Shown: piece after piece, positions 8,901 to 16,888 of the stretch | How positions within the stretch are numbered: the stretch's first letter is position 1 | Layout: each line of letters opens with the position of its first letter | Source of the DNA: a virus | Lineage: Duplodnaviria > Caudoviricetes | Reading direction: 5' to 3' (one strand) | Virus record (IMG/VR): IMGVR_UViG_3300012890_000013 | Coordinates: 1-24,507 of that record | Length of the DNA stretch: 24,507 nt | Translations under genes and position numbers: made by a program | The notes under the pieces: generated by a model | What the model was told of the DNA's origin: nothing | The model's input: the letters and a program-made list of their open reading frames with translations, nothing else | Database searches by the model: none

Positions 8901-11183
8901 GGCGTCACCGTGAACATGCCCTCCCAGGGCAAGCTCACCGGCGACCTCTACGCCGCCCTCAAGGGCCCCGCCCAGCAGCTGCAGAAGTCCGCGCTCGAGC
9001 AGGCCGTCCTCTCCCAGTCCGTGGGTGCGGTCGGCAAGGGCGTCGAGCGCTGGCGCGGCGTCGTCCTCCAGGCGCTCGCCATGATGGGCCAGCCGGCGTC
9101 GCTCGCCGACACCACGCTGCGCCGGATGAACCAGGAGTCCGGCGGCAACCCGAACGCCATCAACCTCTGGGACTCCAACGCGAAGGCCGGGCACCCCAGC
9201 CAGGGCCTCATGCAGACGATCCAGGGTACGTTCCAGGCGAACCACTTCCCAGGCACCTCGTGGAACATCCTCGACCCGCTGGCGAACATCCTCGCCTCGA
9301 TGCGCTACGCGATCAGCCGCTACGGCTCCCTCGCGAAGGCCTACAACAAGGCCGGCGGGTACGCCGAGGGCGGCCCCGTGAGCGGCGAGGGCACGGGCAC
9401 CAGCGACTCCATCCCGGCGCTGCTGTCCAACGGCGAGTTCGTCGTCAACGCGCACTCCACGTCGCAGCACCGCGGCCTGCTCGAGGCGATCAACGCGCAG
9501 CGCTTCGCGACGGGCGGCATCGTCGGCCGCGGCGCTCGTGACGCGGCCGGCACGTCCCCTGCGGGTCCCACCAACGGGCTCAACCTCGCCGCCTACCTGG
9601 CGCAGAACATGGTGCCGGCACCGCTGAAGGTGGACGACTCCGAGCTGCGCCAGGCCAACGCATCCCTCACCACCTGGACGAGCAACCTCGCTCTGGCGCA
9701 GGCCAAGCTCAAGGGCGCCCAGGCGGAGATGGATCGCTGGACCGACGAGATCCGCGACGCAGAGGGCGCAGTCACCGACGCGATCCGCGACCGGGACAGC
9801 GCGACGGACGACCTCACGCGCGCCCAGAAGGCCCAGCTGACCGCGCGCGAGGCGCTGAACAAGGCCAACGCGAGTAAGGACGCCGACCGCATCGCCGAGG
9901 CGCAGCGCGACGTCACCGACGCGAACAAGGACGCCGCGACCGCGCTGGCCGCGCAGACGACGGCCACCAAGGCGGTGCAGACCAGCGAGGAGCGTCTGGC
10001 GACCGCGAAGAAGGTCGGCGCGAAGGCGTCGGGCGATCTCGCGCTCGCCACGGACGCCGAGGCGAGCGCGGCCACCGCGGCGGCCACCGCCAAGGACACG
10101 CAGGCGGCGGCCGAGGAGAAGCTGAACCAGGCCAAGGCCGAGGCGCTGTCCTACGCGAAGCAGATCGCCACGGCGGCGATGAGCGGCACGGAGATCACGG
10201 GCCTGTTCACCGTGGAGGACACCGGCCGCGCGCTGAAGTTCGCCGAGGCCGCCTACAAGGCGTCCGTGGCGCAGGCGCAGGCGACCACCGAGGCGGAGTC
10301 CTACCAGTCCGCCATCGACCAGGTCGCCGCGGCCGGGGCGAAGCTGGCCGCCACCCAGGCGGCCAACGGCGCCTCCTACGCCACGCAGAAGGCGACCGTC
10401 GCCGCCACCCGCGCCGAGGTCGACGCGCTCGCCCGCTCCTACGGCTTCACCGCCGAGCAGGCGGCCGCGCTGGCGGAGTCCGCGGTGCCCCTGGCCAACA
10501 GCGGCCAGACCCTCGTGGACTCCCTCACGCAGCAGCTGAAGGCCGTGCAGGACTTCTCCCGCTCCGTGGGCACCCTGCGAGCCCTGGGCCTCTCCCAGGG
10601 CCTCATCGACCAGATCCTGCAAGCCGGGCCCGAGAAGGGCCTGGCGCTCGCGCAGGAGCTGATCTCGGGTGGCTCGGACATGGTGAAGAAGCTCAACGAC
10701 CTGCAGACCCAGCTGGTGACGGCGTCCAACGCGCTCGGCACCAGCGCGGCCCAGGCGGCCTACAGCCCGGCGGGCGCGCCCCCGGTCATCGCCAGGGGCA
10801 CCCGCACCACGCGCGCCGCAGGCGGCCCCGTGCACGGGCCCGGCACGGGCACGTCGGACTCCGTCCCGGCGTACCTGTCCAACGGCGAGTACGTCGTCAA
10901 GGCGGCCGCGGTGTCTCGGTACGGGATGACCCTCTTCGACGACCTCAACGCCATGAGGCTCGCCGGCGGCGGCCAGGTCCCCTACTACGCCGCCACCACC
11001 ACGCGGGCCATCGCGGGTCGCTTCGCCGGCGCCAGCACTACCTCGCCGGCCGAAGCCGGCGGGACCGTCATCCACGGCCCCATGTTCGCCATCGACACCG
11101 TGAAGGAGACCGTCGACGTGGACCAGCTGTGGCAGCGCGCCCCCCGCGGCGTGCGGGCGCTCGGTGCTGGTGGTGGCCGGTGA
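5994..11183 (+). CDS. Tape measure protein (TP901-type core) with SLT/lytic transglycosylase domain
   Basis: 1729 aa, Ala-rich. FDAAMSEVQA/TVYSATEAA/GSDSGTSFK core; ESGGNPNAINLWDSNA..GLMQ..TF..DPLANI..RYG transglycosylase motifs at ~9045-9345; GAGGAG RBS. Confidence 0.97.
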   Translation: MADRNNDILIRLQLRTQGDFKTAEASAKAMERELGRLETAQRSMAANEAAAYREQAARDAKRSDSLAKAGRSMQLLGLASIAAGGVAIKSFADFDAAMSEVQAATHETSQNMGQLREAALKAGKDTVYSATEAAGAISELSKAGVSTTDILGGGLSGALNLAAAGGIDVGEAAETAASAMTQFGLSGKDVGHIADLLAAGAGKAQGSVSDLGAALNQSGLVASQMGLGIEETTGTLAAFASAGLTGSDSGTSFKTMLLSLANPSKAATETMTSLGIAAYDAQGNFVGTERLAGQLQAALGGLSQEQRDSALATIFGSDAIRAANVLYTQGSAGIGKWTAAVNDTGYAADTARVRTDNLRGDLERLKGSLETAFIAGGEGAGGVLRTLVQLATQAVDSFSDLPPELQSAAAGAAVVGGGLVAMGGAALEAGQKIVEVKETMEALGLTAGNLKTAFGKVTSFLGGPWGLAITGAVVLLGAFGASAYEAHKQQEELRGTLDQTTGAITSQTKALVAQTLQQDGTLRQARMLGVNLQTVTDAALGNADAIATLQAKYDAAVAAQKTFTTQNGIAAGSQNLLNTATNKTASSLDVQVRGLGNLIETTGRSAGVISDQAAAAAEVADAAGTASGATTDLTGATTGLAEASTVAANAASNLSDAERSVRSDFADTAASFVSVGDALKTAQDQVDAKVRESAQAQADASKSTKDSWEDYAKGVTASFDQVIAQLEKQVTSQGDWERNMILLAGRVSDGTLDSLRKLGPEGSALVADLVNRSADELARFDDLTTQSLSSTTDAWATKLREAEPVLAAAARDLGEKTADGYRQRLADGTASVEQIAQEYKAALDQNIPSSKTTLISIQGANQAVEGVKSVKSSIDALQDKTITLKAILSGSVAPAATLKPGDPGYGVRLKATGGYISGPGTGTSDSIPALLSNGEYVVRAAATGRHRGLLEAINRDDPSVPRFAAGGAVGVTVNMPSQGKLTGDLYAALKGPAQQLQKSALEQAVLSQSVGAVGKGVERWRGVVLQALAMMGQPASLADTTLRRMNQESGGNPNAINLWDSNAKAGHPSQGLMQTIQGTFQANHFPGTSWNILDPLANILASMRYAISRYGSLAKAYNKAGGYAEGGPVSGEGTGTSDSIPALLSNGEFVVNAHSTSQHRGLLEAINAQRFATGGIVGRGARDAAGTSPAGPTNGLNLAAYLAQNMVPAPLKVDDSELRQANASLTTWTSNLALAQAKLKGAQAEMDRWTDEIRDAEGAVTDAIRDRDSATDDLTRAQKAQLTAREALNKANASKDADRIAEAQRDVTDANKDAATALAAQTTATKAVQTSEERLATAKKVGAKASGDLALATDAEASAATAAATAKDTQAAAEEKLNQAKAEALSYAKQIATAAMSGTEITGLFTVEDTGRALKFAEAAYKASVAQAQATTEAESYQSAIDQVAAAGAKLAATQAANGASYATQKATVAATRAEVDALARSYGFTAEQAAALAESAVPLANSGQTLVDSLTQQLKAVQDFSRSVGTLRALGLSQGLIDQILQAGPEKGLALAQELISGGSDMVKKLNDLQTQLVTASNALGTSAAQAAYSPAGAPPVIARGTRTTRAAGGPVHGPGTGTSDSVPAYLSNGEYVVKAAAVSRYGMTLFDDLNAMRLAGGGQVPYYAATTTRAIAGRFAGASTTSPAEAGGTVIHGPMFAIDTVKETVDVDQLWQRAPRGVRALGAGGGR
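8724..8855 (+). repeat. Tape measure internal repeat 1 (AxGG..GTGTSDSIPALLSNGEYVV..LLEAIN)
   Basis: Near-identical to 9363..9494 at protein and DNA level. Confidence 0.9.
9363..9494 (+). repeat. Tape measure internal repeat 2
   Basis: AEGGPVSGEGTGTSDSIPALLSNGEFVVNAHSTSQHRGLLEAIN. Confidence 0.9.
10815..10949 (+). repeat. Tape measure internal repeat 3
   Basis: AAGGPVHGPGTGTSDSVPAYLSNGEYVVKAAAVSRYGMTLFDDLN. Confidence 0.88.
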
Positions 11184-12034
11184 AGCTCCGGCTCGAACAC
11201 CCCACCCTCGGGACGCTGTACCTCGACGAGGCGCACGGGTACACCCCCGCCAGCCTCGACCTCGGCAGCCCCGTGGTCCGGGAGGTCGTCGAGGACGTCG
11301 CGAACAGCAACGGCACCGACGACAGCACGGTCCTGTACGGCTCACGGCCAATCACCATCACGGTGGCCGTTGTCGAGGACGCCCGCACGGGCACCTACCT
11401 GGACGAGCTCATCACACGGCTGGGCGCCTACACGGCGCCCGGCCGGCGGCCCTACCTGTACATGACACCTGGGCACAACCTCCCCGAGCGGCGTGTCCTG
11501 CTGCGCGGCTCCATGCTTGGTGCGCCACGAGAGCTTCCCGGCTACTCCGCCGTGCAGGCGTCGTGGGTGGCGCCGACCGGCGTCATCGAGGCGGCGACCC
11601 CCCTGCAGTTGGTCGCCGATGCGGCACCGCAGGGGCAGCCGGGCGTCAGCTTCCCGATCACGCTCCCCTTCAGCTTCCCGGCGGGTTCCCTGCAGGGAGC
11701 CGCGGAGGTGAGCAACCCAGGCTCGGAGCCCACCACCCACGTCACCCAGCTGTGGGGTCCTGCCGCCGACCCGACCCTCACCGACGTGGAGACCGGGGCA
11801 GTGCTCGCACTCACCGGTCTCGCGCTGACCGCCGGCCAGTACGCCGAAGTCGACGTCGCCAACCTGACCGTCACCATGAACGGCCGCGCCTCCGAGCCAC
11901 TCGACGACTACCTCAGCGAAGACGCCACCTGGTTCTGGCTGCGTCCGGGCGTCTCGCATCTGCGCTACGCCCCAGCCACCTACTCAGACGGCGCTCGCGC
12001 CGTCGTCACCTGGCGCCCCGCGTCGCTGCACTAG
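11180..12034 (+). CDS. Distal tail protein (Dit-like minor tail protein)
   Basis: GTG at 11180 overlaps the tape measure stop (GTGA). Motifs YGSRPITI, VSFPITLPFSF, VSNPG, WGPAADP and WFWLRPG. Confidence 0.85.
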   Translation: MKLRLEHPTLGTLYLDEAHGYTPASLDLGSPVVREVVEDVANSNGTDDSTVLYGSRPITITVAVVEDARTGTYLDELITRLGAYTAPGRRPYLYMTPGHNLPERRVLLRGSMLGAPRELPGYSAVQASWVAPTGVIEAATPLQLVADAAPQGQPGVSFPITLPFSFPAGSLQGAAEVSNPGSEPTTHVTQLWGPAADPTLTDVETGAVLALTGLALTAGQYAEVDVANLTVTMNGRASEPLDDYLSEDATWFWLRPGVSHLRYAPATYSDGARAVVTWRPASLH

Positions 12035-12047
12035 AAGGGCTCACGCC

Positions 12048-12974
12048 ATGTCGAACAACCCGTTCCCCATCCAGGACCCGGCCCTCAGCTACGACGCCCA
12101 GGACTTCCGCCGACTTCTGTCGTCCCTCTTCGGCGAAGGCATCGCCGACGTGACCGGCGGACAGCTGCGGGTCACACCGCACGCGACCGGGTCGGACATG
12201 AGCGTCGACGTCGCTGGCGGCCTGGTCTACGTCCAGGGCGACACCATCGCCGGCCAGGGCATCTACCAGGCACCCTTCGACGCTCTGAACCTCACGATCG
12301 CCGCAGCCCCCGCGTCAGGCTCCCGCATCGACCTGGTCGTCGCGCGCGTGTACGACAAGCAGGTCGCGGGTGGCGCGACATCCGGTCGGGCTGTCGAAGT
12401 CCTGACCGGCACGGCTGCGGCGGCGCCGACGGCCCCGAAGGTGCCCGACACGGCAGTCGTCTTGGCCCAGGTGACGGTCGCCGCCGGGACCACGACCATC
12501 ACCTCCGGCCTCATCGCCGACCTCCGCTCAGCGGTGTCCTCCGGGTCGGGGGCGGTTGGGGTGCAGGGGCAGCCCATGACGGCGGCGCAGATCGCTGCAC
12601 TCACTACGCCGCAGAAGTATCAGGGCCGGCTCATCTTCAACACCACCCTGGGGAAGCTGCAGCAAGTCGCAGCCCCGGGTGCGGCGCCTTCCGACATCGG
12701 CGCGACGAAGGCGCAGGGGACCTACCTCGGCGATGGCGCGGCAAGCCGTGCGATCACGGTCGGATTCACCCCCGACCTGGTCCTGATCAGCTCCAACGGG
12801 GCCGGAGTCATGGCCTGGCTACACCGCACGGAGACCGCTGCCTACCAGGCGCTCTACAACGGCCAGTTCAACGCCGCTGGCCCCGGCTTGACGTCCACAG
12901 GCTTCCAGGTGGGCGACAACCGCCTCAACGCCAACACCTTCACCCACTACTGGACCGCCTGGAAGTTCGCCTGA
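12048..12974 (+). CDS. Minor tail protein / baseplate-anchored fibre
   Basis: N-terminal MSVDVAGG..IAAAPASGSRIDLVVARVYD..LAQVTV..IADLR baseplate-type domain; C-terminal GTYLGDG..ITVGFTPDLV..YWTAWK domain. Confidence 0.8.
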   Translation: MSNNPFPIQDPALSYDAQDFRRLLSSLFGEGIADVTGGQLRVTPHATGSDMSVDVAGGLVYVQGDTIAGQGIYQAPFDALNLTIAAAPASGSRIDLVVARVYDKQVAGGATSGRAVEVLTGTAAAAPTAPKVPDTAVVLAQVTVAAGTTTITSGLIADLRSAVSSGSGAVGVQGQPMTAAQIAALTTPQKYQGRLIFNTTLGKLQQVAAPGAAPSDIGATKAQGTYLGDGAASRAITVGFTPDLVLISSNGAGVMAWLHRTETAAYQALYNGQFNAAGPGLTSTGFQVGDNRLNANTFTHYWTAWKFA

Positions 12975-12986
12975 GAGGGGCGCCTC

Positions 12987-13346
12987 ATGCTGCTGATCTA
13001 CCGCGAGGCGACCGGTGAAGTCGTCGAGAACACGGGCACCAACTCACTCCTGCCCGAGGGCCCACCCGGGGACATGGCGTGGGCCAACCAGAGGGACCGC
13101 ACCGGCCTCGCCCTCCTGCGACTCCACGACGTCATCGACGCCTCACTGATCCAGCAGATGGCCGTCCGGGAGTACAGCGTTCAGGGCGGCCGCATCGTCT
13201 TCGGCACCATGCAGGCGCCGTCCGCACCGCCGCCGCCTCCGCTGGAGGAAGTCGTCAAGAAGGTCGCGGCCCTGCAGGAGTGGGCCGCCCAGGTGCAAGC
13301 CCAGGTCGACGCAGCCACCGAGCTGCTGATGGGAGGTCTGACGTGA
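12987..13346 (+). CDS. Hypothetical protein, possible tail-fibre chaperone (XkdW-like position and architecture)
   Basis: Beta-rich N-terminus, poly-Pro linker, C-terminal coiled coil; follows the fibre gene; GAGAGG RBS. Confidence 0.6.
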   Translation: MLLIYREATGEVVENTGTNSLLPEGPPGDMAWANQRDRTGLALLRLHDVIDASLIQQMAVREYSVQGGRIVFGTMQAPSAPPPPPLEEVVKKVAALQEWAAQVQAQVDAATELLMGGLT

Positions 13347-13540
13347 GCGCGCTGTGGTTCCGCATCTACGACGGCATGGTCGCCCGGGGCTCGGCATCGC
13401 TGGCGGGGATCGACGGCTGCCACGCCCGCGGCCTCCTCACCGACGACGAGCACGAGCAGCTGATCGCCAAGTGGCGCACCGCGAACGAGACCCCCACAAC
13501 GGCCGGGGAGACACCCCCGACCGCTGCCGTCGATGGCTGA
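13343..13540 (+). CDS. Small XkdX-like protein (65 aa)
   Basis: GGAGG then GTG at 13343 overlapping the upstream stop. MSALWFRIYDGMV...RGLLTDDEHEQLI resembles the XkdX G-x-[IL]-T-x-x-E-x-x-x-I pattern. Confidence 0.6.
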   Translation: MSALWFRIYDGMVARGSASLAGIDGCHARGLLTDDEHEQLIAKWRTANETPTTAGETPPTAAVDG

Positions 13541-14741
13541 GTGGCGGCTGCTGGCAGGCCCCTGGCGCGGGGGGCGGAGACGCCCCCTCACCTCCGCCCG
13601 CAACATCACGTGCACCTGGCGGCTGGCGCCGTCCCATGAGCTGTCGTTCAGCATCAACGGCCGCCACCGCGAGGCGCCACTGATCGTGCCGCTGCAGACG
13701 GACGTGCACCTCCTCCGCGATGACAGACCGCTCTACACCGGCCGGGTCGGGGCGCCCACCGACAACGCCACCGCCGACCAGCACACCCGCACCGTGCAGA
13801 CGGCGGAGTACCGGGCGCTCCTCGGCCGCCGCTACTGGCGTGAGGACCAGATCACCTGGCAGTCCGACCAGGCGGGGGTGGTTACCCGGCTCATCTCCAC
13901 CATGCAGCGGCGCCCCGGTGCCAGCCTGAACATCGACACCACGGGCGTTCCAGACGGTGGACCGAAGGCGAACCGCGTCACCGAGCCAGGCGCCGGCCTC
14001 CTCGACGAGATCCAAGCCATCGCCGTCTCCGGGGACGGCAGCCCCACCAGCCCACGCTTCGACTGGGACATCACGCCCGGGTGGGACGAGCGCCGCCTGC
14101 AGCTGTGGACACCGCAGAGAGGCACCCGCCGCAAGCCCCTCACGTACCGGTGGCAGCCCGACCCCAACCAGCGACAGTCCTCCATCGTCGCCAGCGCTGA
14201 CCGATCCTTCGACCCAAGCACCTACGCCAACGCGGTCATCGTCACTGGCGGCACCAAGACCGTGACGACGACCAGCACCGTCGTTGACCCCTCCACGGGC
14301 GCGACCGTCGTGAAGGTCACCCGCACCGAGGTCCCCACCACACCCGTCTACCGCGTCGTGGACGACCTCGAATCCCGCATCGAGGGGCTGTGGGAGCAGA
14401 CGCTGTCCTACCCGGACATCGTCGAGCAGGCGGAGCTCGAAGCGAAGGCCGATGAGCGCCTCGCCGCCCTCCAGACAGTCGCGCCCACCTGGACGGTCAC
14501 GCTTCGCTCCGGCACCTGGCGTGGACCCGAGCACTACTGGATCGGGGACACCGTTCCCCTCCGGGTTAGCTCCGGCGTCGTCACCGACGAGCTGGACCTG
14601 CGCATCACCGAGCTGCGACTGCAGCTCAGCCCCTCCGGCCAGGAGGTCGTGACCCTCACCCTCGGCTCACCGCTCGGAGACGTCGGCACGACCCTCGCCA
14701 GCCAGAACCAGCGCCTCGCCGCGCTGGAGCTCCGTTCCTGA
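13533..14741 (+). CDS. Minor tail protein, Gp37-like (Tal/baseplate hub)
   Basis: 402 aa; LYTGRV, FDWDI, YANAVIVTG, YWIGDTV..LRITE..VVTLTL and terminal RLAALE are typical of actinophage hub proteins. Confidence 0.8.
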   Translation: MAEWRLLAGPWRGGRRRPLTSARNITCTWRLAPSHELSFSINGRHREAPLIVPLQTDVHLLRDDRPLYTGRVGAPTDNATADQHTRTVQTAEYRALLGRRYWREDQITWQSDQAGVVTRLISTMQRRPGASLNIDTTGVPDGGPKANRVTEPGAGLLDEIQAIAVSGDGSPTSPRFDWDITPGWDERRLQLWTPQRGTRRKPLTYRWQPDPNQRQSSIVASADRSFDPSTYANAVIVTGGTKTVTTTSTVVDPSTGATVVKVTRTEVPTTPVYRVVDDLESRIEGLWEQTLSYPDIVEQAELEAKADERLAALQTVAPTWTVTLRSGTWRGPEHYWIGDTVPLRVSSGVVTDELDLRITELRLQLSPSGQEVVTLTLGSPLGDVGTTLASQNQRLAALELRS

Positions 14742-14771
14742 CCCCTGACACCCCCACACCGGAGGACCGGC

Positions 14772-15983
14772 ATGTCCCGTTTCGCTGTGATCAAGCACCC
14801 CAACATCACCCCGGAGGCCGTCGTCGCGGAGACGGCGCTCGCCTTCCTGCCGCCCGAGTGGACCTTCGTCCGCTGGGTCGACGGCACCGTCGGCGGCTCC
14901 CAGCCCCGCGACTACGTCAGCACCGAGGAGCTGCAGGCCGCCCTCACCGGCCTCGTGGCCGGCACCGTCAACCTCACCGGCTACGTCACCGACGCCGAGC
15001 TCACCACGGCGCTCGCCGGTCTCGGCAGCGGGGGCGGTGGCCTCGACGCGGCCGCCATCCGCACGCTCGTCAAGGGCTACCTCAAGGCTGGCGCCAACGT
15101 CACGCTGACGCCGGACGACACCGCGGGCACGCTGACCATCAGCGCGGCCGGCGGCTCCGGCGGTACCACCACGATCACCATCGCCTCGATCACCGACGCC
15201 ACGACCGTCGGCAAGGCACTGCTCGGTGCGACCAGCGCCGCCGCCGCCCGCACCGCGATCGGCGCGGGCACCTCCAACCTCGCGGTCGGCACCGGTGCCA
15301 CCGACGCCAAGCGCGGCGACTACGTCGCCACCTGGGCCGAGCTGGGCACGGTCCCCACCTCGTCCCTGCCCCCGCTGGCGATCAACGAGGTCTTCACCGT
15401 CACCAGCCAGGCCGCGATGCTTGCGCTCACCGCGCAGCGCGGCGACATGGCGATCCGCACCGACACCGGCGCGACCTTCGTCTTGGCGTCGGACTCCCCC
15501 ACCACCCTCGCCGACTGGAAGGCCATCGCGGCCGCCGGGTCGATCACTTCGGTGAACGGCAAGACGGGCGTCGTGGTCCTGGCCGCGGGTGACATCGCCG
15601 GCTTCGCCACGGTCGCCACGAGCGGCGCCTACGGCGACCTGTCGGGTAAGCCGACGATCCCCGCCGCCGCCACGACCGCCTCGGTCCTGGCGCTGCTGCC
15701 GAACATGCTGAAGAACTGGGCGCGCATCCCCATCGACATGGCCGTCGGCACGATCACCTACAACTCCTCCGGCGCCCCCACCGGCCACAGCGTCGAGTGG
15801 CCCGACGGCGCCACCGGCGTCTACGCCGGCACGGCCAGCTCCACCTTCCCCGGCTCGATCGACACCTACACGGTGACGCACGTCCTGTCCGGGACCACGA
15901 CCACCACCTACACGCAGCCCCCCGTGACCCGTGACGCCACCACCGGTCAGGTCACCACCCGCCCCGCCGTCACCGTCGCCTGA
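14772..15983 (+). CDS. Mosaic fibre/decoration protein
   Basis: GGAGG RBS. Fibre motifs LKAGANVTLT, ITDATTVGKALL..AAAARTAIGAGTSNL, SQAAMLALTAQRGD, SVNGKTGVV and ATVATSGAYGDLSGKP; N-terminus similar to CDS 4387..4599. Confidence 0.8.
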   Translation: MSRFAVIKHPNITPEAVVAETALAFLPPEWTFVRWVDGTVGGSQPRDYVSTEELQAALTGLVAGTVNLTGYVTDAELTTALAGLGSGGGGLDAAAIRTLVKGYLKAGANVTLTPDDTAGTLTISAAGGSGGTTTITIASITDATTVGKALLGATSAAAARTAIGAGTSNLAVGTGATDAKRGDYVATWAELGTVPTSSLPPLAINEVFTVTSQAAMLALTAQRGDMAIRTDTGATFVLASDSPTTLADWKAIAAAGSITSVNGKTGVVVLAAGDIAGFATVATSGAYGDLSGKPTIPAAATTASVLALLPNMLKNWARIPIDMAVGTITYNSSGAPTGHSVEWPDGATGVYAGTASSTFPGSIDTYTVTHVLSGTTTTTYTQPPVTRDATTGQVTTRPAVTVA

Positions 15984-16000
15984 GCTGAGGAGAACACCTG

Positions 16001-16888
16001 ATGGGCATCCTGGACCCCCGAGCTTCCGTCGCCGCCGACAAGGCCTACCTGCGGCTCACCGACATCACCCCTGCCACCAACCTCGTGACGCTGGCCGACC
16101 TGCAGGACACCTCCGCGCGCCTCGCCACGCTGGAGACCGCCGGCGGCATCGTGGCGCGCCCGAGCCGCCCGGCCACCACCGCTCAGCCGTCGTTCTGGCT
16201 CCGCGGCGACCAGATCACGCAGTCCGCCGGCGCCATCTCCACCTGGACGGACAACGTCGGCGGCGTGACCTTCGCGGTCCCGGCCTCGCGCACGGCGCCC
16301 ACGTACTCAGCCACCGCGGTCAAGGGCAAGCCCGGCGCCGTGTTCTCCCGCTCGGCCAACAGCGGCCTGTACTTCCCGAAGCCGGTTCGCGCCGAGGCGC
16401 AGACCGCGCTCGTGGTGTTCTCGGTCGCGGCCCTGGGTGTCGCACAGGGACTGATCCAGGGCACGGACTCGACGGCCACGGCCACGAACCTCAGCCTCAA
16501 CACCTACTACCACGCGTCGAACGCGGTGGTCGCGGGCATGAACGGCAACACCGGCACGAACGCCTTCTCGGGGACGACGCTCGCGGCCGCTGGGCCCCTG
16601 ATCGCGCGGTTCGGGTGGGGTACCGGCACGGGTGTGGGGACGGCATCGACCAAGCCGCTCACCGCGTCCCTGAACGGCGGGACGGTCGGTACTTCCAACA
16701 CCCAGTCCGTGGTCCCGGCGCTGTCGACTGGCTTCACCCTGGGTGGCGCCGGCACGGCGGCCAGCAGCGGCCCCGACGCCAACATCGCCGAGGTCATCAT
16801 CTTCGACACGCTGCTGTCCGTGGCCGACCAGCAGGCGTGGACGCAGTACCTCGCCGCCACCTACAACATCACCGTCGGCAACAACTGA
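16001..16888 (+). CDS. LamG/concanavalin A-like domain protein (putative lectin-like virion protein)
   Basis: GAGGAG RBS. FWLRGD..WTD..APTY..GKP and IAEVIIFD..LS..YL..Y bracket a LamG-like fold; paralogous to the C-terminus of the next CDS. Confidence 0.75.
   Translation: MGILDPRASVAADKAYLRLTDITPATNLVTLADLQDTSARLATLETAGGIVARPSRPATTAQPSFWLRGDQITQSAGAISTWTDNVGGVTFAVPASRTAPTYSATAVKGKPGAVFSRSANSGLYFPKPVRAEAQTALVVFSVAALGVAQGLIQGTDSTATATNLSLNTYYHASNAVVAGMNGNTGTNAFSGTTLAAAGPLIARFGWGTGTGVGTASTKPLTASLNGGTVGTSNTQSVVPALSTGFTLGGAGTAASSGPDANIAEVIIFDTLLSVADQQAWTQYLAATYNITVGNN

Noticed and set aside
8724-10949. Repeats as CRISPR array or mobile-element ends
   Set aside because: They are in-frame protein repeats, irregularly spaced hundreds of bases apart, with no cas or transposase genes.
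8352-11351. 999-aa minus-strand ORF and many other long antisense or alternate-frame ORFs
   Set aside because: Shadow ORFs of high-GC coding sequence: Arg/Gly/Val-rich, no motifs, and fully overlapping well-supported + strand genes.
15931-16887. ORF-track N-terminal extension making a 1193-aa protein
   Set aside because: The extension is an Arg/Pro/His-rich off-frame read of CDS 16001..16888; the real start is the coupled ATG at 16888. The same applies to the track starts at 11129, 13079, 19313, 21502 and 23617.
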